Assembly: GCA_044370285.1 (NCBI GenBank)
Contig: JBILVU010000002.1
Coordinates: 22,785 to 86,784, forward strand
Source: Prosthecobacter sp.
Lineage (GTDB): Bacteria; Verrucomicrobiota; Verrucomicrobiia; Verrucomicrobiales; Verrucomicrobiaceae
Reading direction: 5' to 3'
Length of the DNA: 64,000 nucleotides
Shown here one piece after another: positions 26,876 through 36,200 of this stretch. The notes under the pieces were generated by a model. It did not search any database. It had not been told where the DNA came from and saw only the letters and a list, made by a program, of their open reading frames with translations. The position numbers were made by a program, and so were the translations under genes. Each line of letters opens with the position of its first letter. Positions within the stretch are counted from its first letter, which is position 1.

Positions 26876-28378
26876 TTAGCCCACATACCGCTCCCGCAGA
26901 TGCGCCACATGCCATTTGGCATCCGTCGCCTTGCCGGTGGCCGCCTGCATGATCTCCGTTGGCGTTAATGCCGCGCCATAAGCATGCACGTAGTCACGCA
27001 GCCACTTCAGCAGCGGCGAGTAGTCGCATTTCTCCAGGCCGGTGGCGATCTTCTTGTTCTTCTTCGCCGTCGCGAAAAGCTGGGCGGCATTGAGATTCCC
27101 GAGCGTGTAGGTGGCGAAGTAGCCGAGGCCTCCCATGCTCCAATGAATGTCCTGCAAGCAGCCACGGCGGTCATCCGGCGGCGCGAGGCCGAAAAGATCG
27201 CGAAACTCCTCGCTCCACACCTTTGGCACATCTTTGACCGCCAGCTCTCCCTTCACCAGACGACGCTCGATGCCAAAGCGCAGCAGGATGTGCAGGTCAT
27301 ACGTCGCCTCATCGGCCTCCACGCGGATGAAGCTGAATTCGCTGCGCAGCATCTCCTTCATGAAGGCATCCAGCTTCACCTTCTTCAGATGCGGGAAGAG
27401 CTCCTTCGCACGTGGCAGCCACTTCGCCCAGAAGGTGCGGCTGCGGCCCACATGGTTCTCCCATAGGCGGCTTTGCGATTCGTGAATGCCCAGCGAGGCC
27501 GCGCTGCCGCTCGGCAGGCCGTAATCGAGTCCCGGCAGGCCCTGCTCATACAAACCATGACCCGCCTCATGCATCACACCGAAGAGCGACGAGAGGAAAT
27601 CGCTCTCATCATACCGCGTCGTGAGCCGCACATCACCCGCACCCAGCGTCGTGCAGAAAGGATGCGCCGTCGTGTCGATACGCCCGGCTTCAAAATCAAA
27701 ACCGAGGCTCTCCGCGATCTCGCGGTTCAAAATCTGCTGCTTCTCAATCGGGTAGCGACCCTTCAAAACACCCGGTTTGACCTTCTTTGACCTCGCCACG
27801 GCTCCACGGGCAATTTCTGCCAGTTGCGGACGCAGCTTCGCAAACAGCGCCGCCACCTCGCGGGTCTTCGCGCCGCGTTCGTAGAGGTCCAGCAGCGCAT
27901 CGTAAGGCTCATCGGCATAGCCAAACAGATCCGCCTTCCGCCTCGCGATGCTCAGCAAGTGCTCCAAATACGGCGCAAACATCGAAAAGTCCGATTTCGC
28001 CCTCGCTTCGACCCACGCGGCTTTGGCATGCGTGGCCGTCTCGCTCTCCTCCTGCACCAGTTTGGCCGGTAGCTTTGTGGCACGATCAATGTCACGACGC
28101 AGGCCGCGCACGTTCGCCGCCTGCGTGGGAGTTTCCGGCATCTCGGCCTCCGCTTTGTCGAGCAGCTTGCGAGTCTTCGCAGAGGTCAAAAGTGCATGCG
28201 CCTTGCCCGTGAGGTAGGACATCTGGCGGGCACGGAAATCGAGCGCCTTCGAAGGCATATAAGTTTCCTGATCCCAGCTCAGCACCGCCTCCGTCGAGGT
28301 CAGCAGCGAGATTTCCGAGACGATTTCACAAAGCGATTGGTAGGCGGACATGGTGCCATGCTCTGGCAGCGTCTCCAC
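26876..28378 (-). CDS. M32 carboxypeptidase (Taq-type metallocarboxypeptidase)
   Basis: 500 aa. HEAGHGLYEQG (HExxH), DIHWSMGGLGYFATYTLGN. Confidence 0.9.
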   Translation of the reverse strand: METLPEHGTMSAYQSLCEIVSEISLLTSTEAVLSWDQETYMPSKALDFRARQMSYLTGKAHALLTSAKTRKLLDKAEAEMPETPTQAANVRGLRRDIDRATKLPAKLVQEESETATHAKAAWVEARAKSDFSMFAPYLEHLLSIARRKADLFGYADEPYDALLDLYERGAKTREVAALFAKLRPQLAEIARGAVARSKKVKPGVLKGRYPIEKQQILNREIAESLGFDFEAGRIDTTAHPFCTTLGAGDVRLTTRYDESDFLSSLFGVMHEAGHGLYEQGLPGLDYGLPSGSAASLGIHESQSRLWENHVGRSRTFWAKWLPRAKELFPHLKKVKLDAFMKEMLRSEFSFIRVEADEATYDLHILLRFGIERRLVKGELAVKDVPKVWSEEFRDLFGLAPPDDRRGCLQDIHWSMGGLGYFATYTLGNLNAAQLFATAKKNKKIATGLEKCDYSPLLKWLRDYVHAYGAALTPTEIMQAATGKATDAKWHVAHLRERYVG

Positions 28379-28418
28379 GCGGCATCAAGCTGGAATCATC
28401 TAGCCTCATCAGCTTCGC

Positions 28419-29987
28419 GTGCTATGGCTGCCGCCCGCTATGTCCGCCGCTCCCTCTCCTGCCACGCCTCCGCGCTCGAATCATGCCATCCGCCTCTTCC
28501 TCGGCCTCGTCTGCTTCCTGGCGGGCGCGGCCATCATGGTGATCGAAATCAGCGCCTTCCGCCTGCTGGCACCTTACTTTGGCAACACCGTCTTCACTTC
28601 GACCGCACTGATCGGCGTCATCTTGGTGGCGTTCAGTGTCGGCGGCTATCTCGGTGGCTGGTTGGCAGATCGAAAGATGGCGCTCGACCTCATCGGCTGG
28701 CTGCTGGCCGGCGCCGCGGTGCTCACGCTGTTCATTCCGGCGCTGCACGCAGCCTTCAGCCTGCGTCTTAGTGCGGGCGGCGTGATCAGTGGCCCAGTGA
28801 TGATCTCGCTCATTCTATTCTCGGTGCCCGGTGTGCTGCTCGGAGCCGTTTCACCTGCCTCCGTGCGCTTTTACAGTCTGGCGGACAAAGACAGCCACAT
28901 CGGAGCCTCCGCAGGCACGATCAGCATGCTCGGTTCCCTTGGCAGCTTTGTGGGCACCTTCTTCTCCGGCTTCTTTCTGCTGCCGAGCTTTGGCGTGAAG
29001 AGCATCTTCCTCGCCGCAGGCCTTGTCTTGCTGCTGCTGGCTGCGGCGGCCTTTGTGATGGCTCGTAATTCACTCAAGCAGCAGCTCCCCATCGTGCTCA
29101 GCGGCCTCCTCGCCGGCTTCATCGGCTGGCAATCGCAGCCACAGGCCATGAAGGACGTCATCTACGAGCACGAGAGTGTCTATCACCACATCCGCGTGCT
29201 CGAAAACGGCGAGAAGCCCTATCGCTACCGCGTACTGATGCTCGATTCCACCCAGGAAGGCGGCATGAACGCGGACACCGGTGAGCTCACGCTTCCCTAC
29301 CAAGAATACTGGAAGCTCGCCCTGCTGCGTGAATCCGAAAAGGTGAACAGCGCCCTCTTCATCGGCGCGGGAGCCTTTGGCATGCCGGAGAATGTCTCGC
29401 GTGATTTTCCGGAAGCCAGCGTCGATGTCGTCGAGATCGACCCACAGGTCATCGAGGTGGGTAAAAAGTTCTTCAAGCTCGACGAGCATCCCAAGGTGAA
29501 GGCGCACGCAGCGGATGCGCGACGCTTCCTCAACCTCGCTGGCGACAAACAATGGGATCTGGTCTTTGGCGATGCCTACAACGGCCGTCACGCCATTCCA
29601 TCGCACCTCGCCACGCAGGAGTTCTTCCAGCAGATCGCCGATCACCTCACGCCAGACGGTGTGTACATCATGAACATCATCGCCAGCGTCAACGGTCCGC
29701 AGTCCGAGCTCACTGCCGGCATCCTCTCCACCTTGCGAAACGTCTTTCCGCACATCCAGGTTTTCGGTGTCGGCGGCAGGCCGGATCAAACTCAGAACGT
29801 CATCTTGCTCTGCGGCCGTCAGGACCTTCGTCCGCGCTTCATGGACCGCTATTTTGCCCGCGGCTCATGGCAGCAACGCCTCACCAGCCGTCTCATCCCC
29901 ACCGGCCAGCTTCCCAAGCCCCGCCTAGCATTTACCGATGATTACAACCCCGTCGATGCCATCATCGCACGGGGTCTGCTGGAGTAG
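28419..29987 (+). CDS. fused polytopic membrane domain / spermidine-synthase-like aminopropyltransferase
   Basis: About 220 aa of TM helices, then a spermidine synthase-like Rossmann domain (ALFIGAGAFGMP...VDVVEIDPQVIEVGKKFF...DLVFGDAY). Confidence 0.8.
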   Translation: MLWLPPAMSAAPSPATPPRSNHAIRLFLGLVCFLAGAAIMVIEISAFRLLAPYFGNTVFTSTALIGVILVAFSVGGYLGGWLADRKMALDLIGWLLAGAAVLTLFIPALHAAFSLRLSAGGVISGPVMISLILFSVPGVLLGAVSPASVRFYSLADKDSHIGASAGTISMLGSLGSFVGTFFSGFFLLPSFGVKSIFLAAGLVLLLLAAAAFVMARNSLKQQLPIVLSGLLAGFIGWQSQPQAMKDVIYEHESVYHHIRVLENGEKPYRYRVLMLDSTQEGGMNADTGELTLPYQEYWKLALLRESEKVNSALFIGAGAFGMPENVSRDFPEASVDVVEIDPQVIEVGKKFFKLDEHPKVKAHAADARRFLNLAGDKQWDLVFGDAYNGRHAIPSHLATQEFFQQIADHLTPDGVYIMNIIASVNGPQSELTAGILSTLRNVFPHIQVFGVGGRPDQTQNVILLCGRQDLRPRFMDRYFARGSWQQRLTSRLIPTGQLPKPRLAFTDDYNPVDAIIARGLLE

Positions 29988-29990
29988 TTC

Positions 29991-30026
29991 GTCCTCGTCC
30001 TCCTACTCGAACTCGTCCTCGACCCT
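29991..30026. repeat. hexamer tandem repeat (GTCCTC-like, 6 copies)
   Basis: gtcctc gtcctc ctactc gaactc gtcctc gaccct, starting 4 nt after the stop codon at 29985-29987. Confidence 0.6.
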
Positions 30027-30103
30027 CCAGCCTCACTCACAGGACCAGCATTCAAGGCTCGACGAAGCGCCGAAGAATCCTTTTCAGATCGCTGAGGCAT
30101 CCC

Positions 30104-30484
30104 TCACCCAATGTGCGCCGCATAAGCTGCGGGCGTCATGAGCTTCTCCACCTCGGCTGGATTCGAGGGCTTGATCTTGAAAATGTGACCACCGAGGTAG
30201 GGATCGGTGTTGATGAGGCCGGGCTCGTTTTGCAGCGCCTCGTTCACCGCCACGATCTCGCCACTGAGTGGCGCGTAAATGTCGCTCGCGGCCTTCACGG
30301 ATTCGATCACGCACACCTGCTGGCCTGCCGTCACCACGGCTCCCACCTTCGGCAGATCGACGAAGACGACGTCCGTCAGTTCCGCCTGCGCATGATCCGT
30401 AATGCCCACTGGCGCGGGATCTTGCATCGGGTCGATCCATTCATGGGAATCACGGTAGCGGAGATTGTCGGGGATTTTGCTCAT
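30104..30484 (-). CDS. gcvH: glycine cleavage system protein H
   Basis: 126 aa. VGITDHAQAELTDVVFVDLP and the lipoyl-lysine motif ESVKAASDIYAPLSGEIV. Confidence 0.95.
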   Translation of the reverse strand: MSKIPDNLRYRDSHEWIDPMQDPAPVGITDHAQAELTDVVFVDLPKVGAVVTAGQQVCVIESVKAASDIYAPLSGEIVAVNEALQNEPGLINTDPYLGGHIFKIKPSNPAEVEKLMTPAAYAAHIG

Positions 30485-30501
30485 GGGTGGGTGGGGAAAA
30501 A

Positions 30502-30852
30502 TTAGCCGCAGAAGCCTAGCTCGGCCCAGTGGCGAAGGGTTTCAGGGTGAAGATCAAAGCCATTCGGCCAGGTCAGGACGCCGTGATCGAGATAAACTTG
30601 GCTGAAGTAGTGTTCGTCGATGAGTGGCCGCGACATGGGGCCTCGCTCAGCAGACTGGATCCACGGTTCGAAGTCCACTTCAGCCATGAAGTCATCCTTG
30701 AACCGCAGGCAGAGACGAAAGCCCTCAAGGACACGCACATTCTTGAGGTGGTAATGCTGGATGTCGCTGATCACCGGCCCCATCTCGTAGTCATCAGCCT
30801 GCGGCGCAGACTGGCGAGGGAAAGGTTTAGCAGTGGGTGCGACGGCTGGCAT
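30502..30852 (-). CDS. DUF2442-family protein
   Basis: 116 aa. HYHLKNVRVLEGFRLCLRFKDDFMAEVDFEPW...VYLDHGVLTWPNGFDLHPETL fits my memory of the DUF2442 pattern. Confidence 0.65.
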   Translation of the reverse strand: MPAVAPTAKPFPRQSAPQADDYEMGPVISDIQHYHLKNVRVLEGFRLCLRFKDDFMAEVDFEPWIQSAERGPMSRPLIDEHYFSQVYLDHGVLTWPNGFDLHPETLRHWAELGFCG

Positions 30853-30857
30853 GGTGA

Positions 30858-31121
30858 TCAGGGAGGCGGAATGCGTTTTAATGCTCGCTCATCTTGGGCG
30901 AGTTTCCAGTTTTCTTCCAACGCCGCCCGGTTTTGGGCGACCCAACCACGGATCATTTGCATGCAGGAGGAAGGCAGACGTCCTTCGAGAATCATGCCCG
31001 TGCGAATGCACACGCTGGCCTCATCCTGGCCGTGACTGGCATGGAAATGAGGCGGCGGGTGCTCGCGAGGCCCGAAATACATCGTGATGCGAATGCCGCT
31101 GAATCTGCAAATCTCCGGCAT
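30858..31121 (-). CDS. DUF4160-family protein
   Basis: 87 aa. FSGIRITMYFGPREHPPPHFHASHGQDEASV is the characteristic DUF4160 N-terminus. Confidence 0.7.
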   Translation of the reverse strand: MPEICRFSGIRITMYFGPREHPPPHFHASHGQDEASVCIRTGMILEGRLPSSCMQMIRGWVAQNRAALEENWKLAQDERALKRIPPP

Positions 31122-31124
31122 GAG

Positions 31125-32234
31125 TCACCCCTTTTTCCAAAACGGCTTCTTCACGATTTCAGCCGGGAATTGGCGGCCGCGCACTTCAATTTCAATCTGG
31201 GTGCCAAGGGCGGCGATGGCACTCGGCAGGTAAGCCATGCCAATACCAGCGCTGAGCGAGGGGGATTGCGTGCCGCTGCACACCTCACCCACGATTTGCC
31301 CGCCGTGAAGCACCGGATAGTGCGGACGCGGCGGCGGAGCCGTGCCGGTCATGCGAAAGGCCGCCAGCTTGTCCGGCATGCCATTGACTTTTTGCGCCGC
31401 GAGAGCCTCGCGACCCGTAAAATTACCTTTCTCCATAGCCACGAAGAAACCGAGCCCGGCCTGGAGCGGCGTGCGTTCCTCGCTGAGATCGTTTCCATAG
31501 AGCGGATAGCCCATTTCGAGGCGCAGCGTGTCACGAGATCCGAGACCGCAAGGGACGCCGCCTTCGGCTTTGACCGCATCCACGATGCTGCGGAACCAAG
31601 TGGCCGCTTTTTCAGCGGGGACGAAGAACTCAAAGCCATCCTCGCCGGTATAACCCGTGCCGCAGAGCCACATCGGGCCGCTTTCCGTCATGCTGATGAG
31701 GATCGTGTTCTTCTCAGGATAGGGAGCACTGCTCTCAAACACCCGCTGAAACACCTCGCGACTGCGCGGCCCCTGCACGGCGAGGCCGGCGGTGAAGTCG
31801 CTCGCATTCGCCATCATCACATCATCCTCCTCGGTGAGCTGCTTTTCGAGCTGCTCCCAGTCCGCATCAATGCGGGAGGCATTCACGACGAGAAAAAACT
31901 CCCGCTCACTCGTGCGGTAGGCGATCAAATCATCCACCACGCCGCCTTTGTCATTCAGCAGCAGCGTGTAGTGGCCCTGCCCCGGAGCGAGCTTCGACAC
32001 ATCATTCGTCAGCGTGCGGTTCAGAAATGCCTCCGCTCCCTTTCCGCCCACGAGAAACTGGCCCATGTGCGAAATATCGAACACGCCTGCGGCATTCCGC
32101 ACGGCTTTGTGCTCCTCCACGATACCCGAATACTGCACCGGCATCTCCCAGCCTGCAAAAGGCACCATGCGGCCTCCGAGTTCGAGATGCACATCGTGGA
32201 GCGGCGTTCGGCGGAGGGAGGTGGATTCAGTCAC
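31125..32234 (-). CDS. gcvT: glycine cleavage system aminomethyltransferase T
   Basis: 369 aa. RTPLHDVHLELGGRMVPFAGWEMPVQY, AVRNAAGVFDISHMG, RDTLRLEMGYPLYGND. Confidence 0.95.
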   Translation of the reverse strand: MTESTSLRRTPLHDVHLELGGRMVPFAGWEMPVQYSGIVEEHKAVRNAAGVFDISHMGQFLVGGKGAEAFLNRTLTNDVSKLAPGQGHYTLLLNDKGGVVDDLIAYRTSEREFFLVVNASRIDADWEQLEKQLTEEDDVMMANASDFTAGLAVQGPRSREVFQRVFESSAPYPEKNTILISMTESGPMWLCGTGYTGEDGFEFFVPAEKAATWFRSIVDAVKAEGGVPCGLGSRDTLRLEMGYPLYGNDLSEERTPLQAGLGFFVAMEKGNFTGREALAAQKVNGMPDKLAAFRMTGTAPPPRPHYPVLHGGQIVGEVCSGTQSPSLSAGIGMAYLPSAIAALGTQIEIEVRGRQFPAEIVKKPFWKKG

Positions 32235-32267
32235 AGCCCGAGCATCGTGGGAAGCGGCTGCCTTTTG

Positions 32268-33128
32268 TCAAACCACCCCGCCACGATACTCGCCCGGTGC
32301 CACGCCCACCCAGCGGCGGAAGACACGGGAAAAAATGGCCGCGTTCGCATAGCCCACGCTGGCCGCCACGACCTCCAGCTTGTCGTTTTCACGTTCGAGG
32401 AGCCTTCGGGCCAGTTCCATGCGCAGGCAGGTGAGGTGCTGCATCGGGCTGCGCCCCAGTTCCTTCATGCAGAGGCGACGCAGATGCTCCGGGCTGCAAT
32501 GACTGCGGTGCGCCAGCTCCGCCAGCGTCCAGTCACGACGCAAATCCTGCTCCACATCGGCCCACAGCTTTGCCACACGCGGTTCGCGGCTCCGCCACGG
32601 CTGCGCGATGCGGCGGATGGTGCCGTGCAGCAGTTCCAGCCAGTGATGCAGCATGCGCGGCTCTTTTTCGCCCTCCCACTCGCTCCGCAGGCCGCAGATA
32701 ATTCGCCCGATCTCCCCTGCCTGCGCCACCGGCATCACCGGCGATGCCGCACCGACGACGGGCGTCACAAAACTCGGCTCATCATAGCGCACCCAGGCGA
32801 AGCACCACTTTTCACGCCCCTTCGCCTCGAAGGCATTCAGCACCCTCGGCGGCGCGAGGCACACCATGCCCGGCTTCACCCGCTGCCAGCGTCCATCGAG
32901 CAAAATCGAGCCTTCACCACTCACACAGGCCATCACAAAACTCCCCTCCGGCGTCATCCTCACCCGCCGATACGGCGGCAGTGCCTCATCCATGCCCAGC
33001 CTCGCGATGCGGTGCGTGCTCATCTCCGCACAATCACACGCCTCGATCACCCAGCGGCGGGTTTTGGGCCCGTCGATGGTGGTTTCAGCCAGATCACCCG
33101 TGGTTTGCATCCTCGCATTAAAGACCAC
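32268..33128 (-). CDS. AraC-family transcriptional regulator
   Basis: 286 aa. Cupin-like N-terminal domain plus double HTH (WTLAELAHRSHCSPEHLRRLCMKELG...ASVGYANAAIFSRVFRRWVGVAPGEYR). Confidence 0.85.
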   Translation of the reverse strand: MVFNARMQTTGDLAETTIDGPKTRRWVIEACDCAEMSTHRIARLGMDEALPPYRRVRMTPEGSFVMACVSGEGSILLDGRWQRVKPGMVCLAPPRVLNAFEAKGREKWCFAWVRYDEPSFVTPVVGAASPVMPVAQAGEIGRIICGLRSEWEGEKEPRMLHHWLELLHGTIRRIAQPWRSREPRVAKLWADVEQDLRRDWTLAELAHRSHCSPEHLRRLCMKELGRSPMQHLTCLRMELARRLLERENDKLEVVAASVGYANAAIFSRVFRRWVGVAPGEYRGGVV

Positions 33129-33218
33129 TCCACCGTTCTGTCACGCGCAGGTGCATTTCAGGCATGACACCGTGCATGCGTTCCTGCTAGCCTGCGTGCT
33201 TCATCCCGTATTCCCACC

Positions 33219-36200
33219 ATGCGCCTCGCACTCCTTTCTCTCCTTTTCGTCCCTTTCGTCCTTCACGCCGAACCCGTCAGTCTCTTCGACGGCAAAACGC
33301 TCGACGGCTGGGACTTTGATCCCGCGATGTGGCGTGTGGAAGACGGCGTGATCACCGGCGGCTCCACGACGAAGAAGATCAAAAAGAACGACTTCATCAG
33401 CACGAAGAAGAGTTACCAAAACTTCGAGCTGAAGCTCAAAATCAAAGTCAGCGGCGATCCGAAGACAGGCATGCTGAATAGCGGCATCCAGATCCGCAGC
33501 GTGCGTGAGGGCAGCGCCATGAGCGGCTATCAGGTGGACTGCGGTGCGGGCTGGTTCGGCAAAATCTACGACGAGCACCGCCGCAACAAGATCATCTGGG
33601 CACCCACGCCCGAGCAGCAGGCCGCGCTCGACAAGGCCATCGACGTCTTCGGCTGGAACGAATACCGCATCCGCGCCGAAGGCACGCGCATCCAGACCTG
33701 GATCAACGGCGTTCACTGCATGGACTACACCGAGACCGATCCGAACATCGCCCTCGACGGCCACATCGCCCCGCAGGTGCACAGCGGCGGCGTTTGCCTC
33801 GTGCAGGTCAAAGAGGTCACCATCGAAGAACTGCCCGCCACGCCCGGTGCGCCCACTTGGCAGAGCATCGGCGGCGTCGAAGGCATGAAGGCCAAGCTAC
33901 CGCCGAAGCCGCAGGCCGATGCCGCGAAGCCAAAGCGCGACATCTCCTACAACGACGTCCAAGGCACCTCCAAAACCGCCGAAGAGCAGCAAAAGCTCTT
34001 CCACCTCCCCGAAGGCTACGAAATCGAGCTCGTCGTGCAGGAAAGCGAAGGCCTCGGCAAATTCGTCAGCGTCTATTTCGATCAACGCGGCCGTTTGTGG
34101 ACGCAGACCGCGCTGGAGTATCCCGTCGATTCGAATGAAAACCCCGCCGCCGCCGAAGCGGTGTATGCGGGCAAGGGCAAGGACAAGGTGCTCGTCTATC
34201 CGAGGGAGTCTTTGAACGCGAAGATTCCCGCGGGTGGACTCACGAATCCCACCGTCTTCGCCGACGGCCTTGCGATCCCGCTCGGCATCCTGCCCTGGGG
34301 CGCGGGCGATACCTGCTACGTCCAGCACGGCCACGATTTGAAGCTCTACAAAGACATGAATGGCGATGGCAAGGCGGACACCTTTGATGTCGTCCTCACC
34401 GGCTTCGGCGTGCAGGACTCGCACCTCTTTCCACATCAATTCACGCGGGCACCCGGCGGCTGGATTTGGATGGCGCAGGGCCTCTTCAATAACAGCAAAG
34501 TCCACAAACCCGGCAGCGATGTCGTCGTCGATTGGCCCAAGTGCAGCATGGCCCGCATGCGACCCGATGGCAGCGAGTTCGAAGTCATCAGCACCGGCCC
34601 GAACAACATCTGGGGCCTCGTCATCACCGGCGAAGGCGAGACCTTCATCCAGGAAGCGAACGACTACGGCTACCCCGTCATGCCCTTCCACGAATACGCC
34701 TACTACCCCGGCGGCATGGAGGCATTGAAGAAGAGCTACCAGCCTGATTTCCCACCTCAGGCCGAGTTCCGCATGGGCGGCACGGGTTTGAGCGGCTTGG
34801 CGCTGATCGAAAGTGGTTCGCTCAGAGACAAACAGGCCGCGCACACCATGGCCGTCGCCAATCCCATCACCTCCAAGATCCAAACCATCGCCATGCATCG
34901 CGACGGCGCGTATTGGAAGCTCGCCCAGCTCCCCGACCTCATCACCTGCGACGACCCCTTCTTCCGCCCCGTCGCCCTCACCAACGGCCCCGACGGTTGC
35001 ATCTACATCGTCGATTGGTACAACAAGATCATCTCCCACAACGAGGTCCCGCGTGCCCATCCTGACCGCGACAAGACGCGGGGCCGCATCTGGCGCGTGA
35101 AGCCAAAAGCCGCGAAGACCGAAGTGGCTGATTTCACGAAGCTGGGCACCGAGGAGCTGATCGCATCAATTGGCAAAGAACCTGTCGGCAAAGCGCATCT
35201 CGCATGGCAGGAGCTTCTCGACCGCAAACAGCTCCCGCTGACCCATTTTGCCGCTCAAGAGTATCTCGCCAGCAGTCAATTCGGGCAGATCAGTCAGATC
35301 GGTCGGAGTCTGTCCGATCAAAACATCTCCGTGCTCCTCGCCTTCGCCAAACCCAGCCTTACCAACGGCCCCACCATCGCCTCCTCCCGCGGCAACAAGC
35401 AAATCCCCGTGCGCGAGGCCTATGACCGCGAGTTCGAGCGCTTCCTTGTCCGCATGTTCCTGGAGCGTCATCCAGAACTCGTCGCGAAGTTCCTCGACTC
35501 CGAAGCCGCCGCGAAACTGCCCGTGGAAGCCCGCGTGCTTGCCTCGCTCGCGTTGGAGCCGAAGGCGAGCGCTTCCCGCGTCGCCAAACTGCTCCCACAG
35601 CTCGACCGCGCCCCGAATGACGAGGAACTCCTCCGCCTCGCCCAGTTCCCCGCCGAAGCCGGTGTCGGCGAAGCTCTCCAAGCCCTCCTCACCAACGAAA
35701 AATCCCGCGCCGCCGTCGCCGAGAAGTTGCTCGCGCAGCGCACGAAGCTCGATGCGAAGCAGATCGCGCCGTTGTTGACGGAAACGGCGAAAGGCATGCT
35801 TTCTGGAAGCGCGATTGAACTCAAACCGAAGGCCAATCCCAGTGTGGAAGCTCACAGCTTGGCTTTGAAACTCATCAGCGGCTTTCAACTGACGTCTTTG
35901 GAAGATCAGATCGTTACGGGCATGCAATCGAGCATCGCCGTCAGCAGCGGTGACTTGAGAATTCCGTTTGGAGGCGAGCTGACGAGTGACCCGGCTCGCA
36001 TCGTCGAAGTGTTGCATGCCTTGCGCGATATCCACAGCAGCGCCGCAGATATCTTCGCATCATTGAGCACGATGGGAGCGCCTCAGGTGCGCGATGCCGC
36101 CCTCGAAGCCCTCGCTGCCTCCCGCGCACCGAATGCTGGCACTAAGCTCCTCGCGCTTTATCCTTCACTCCAGCCGGCACAGCGCCGCAGCGCCTTGAAC

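Noticed and set aside
32235-32267. Looked for a glycine riboswitch upstream of gcvT
   Set aside because: Only 33 nt separate gcvT from the upstream AraC gene stop, which is too short for a glycine riboswitch aptamer.
30894-33167. 757-aa plus-strand ORF spanning DUF4160, gcvT and the AraC gene
   Set aside because: It crosses three well-supported minus-strand genes and is extremely Arg/His/Ala-rich. It is an antisense artefact.
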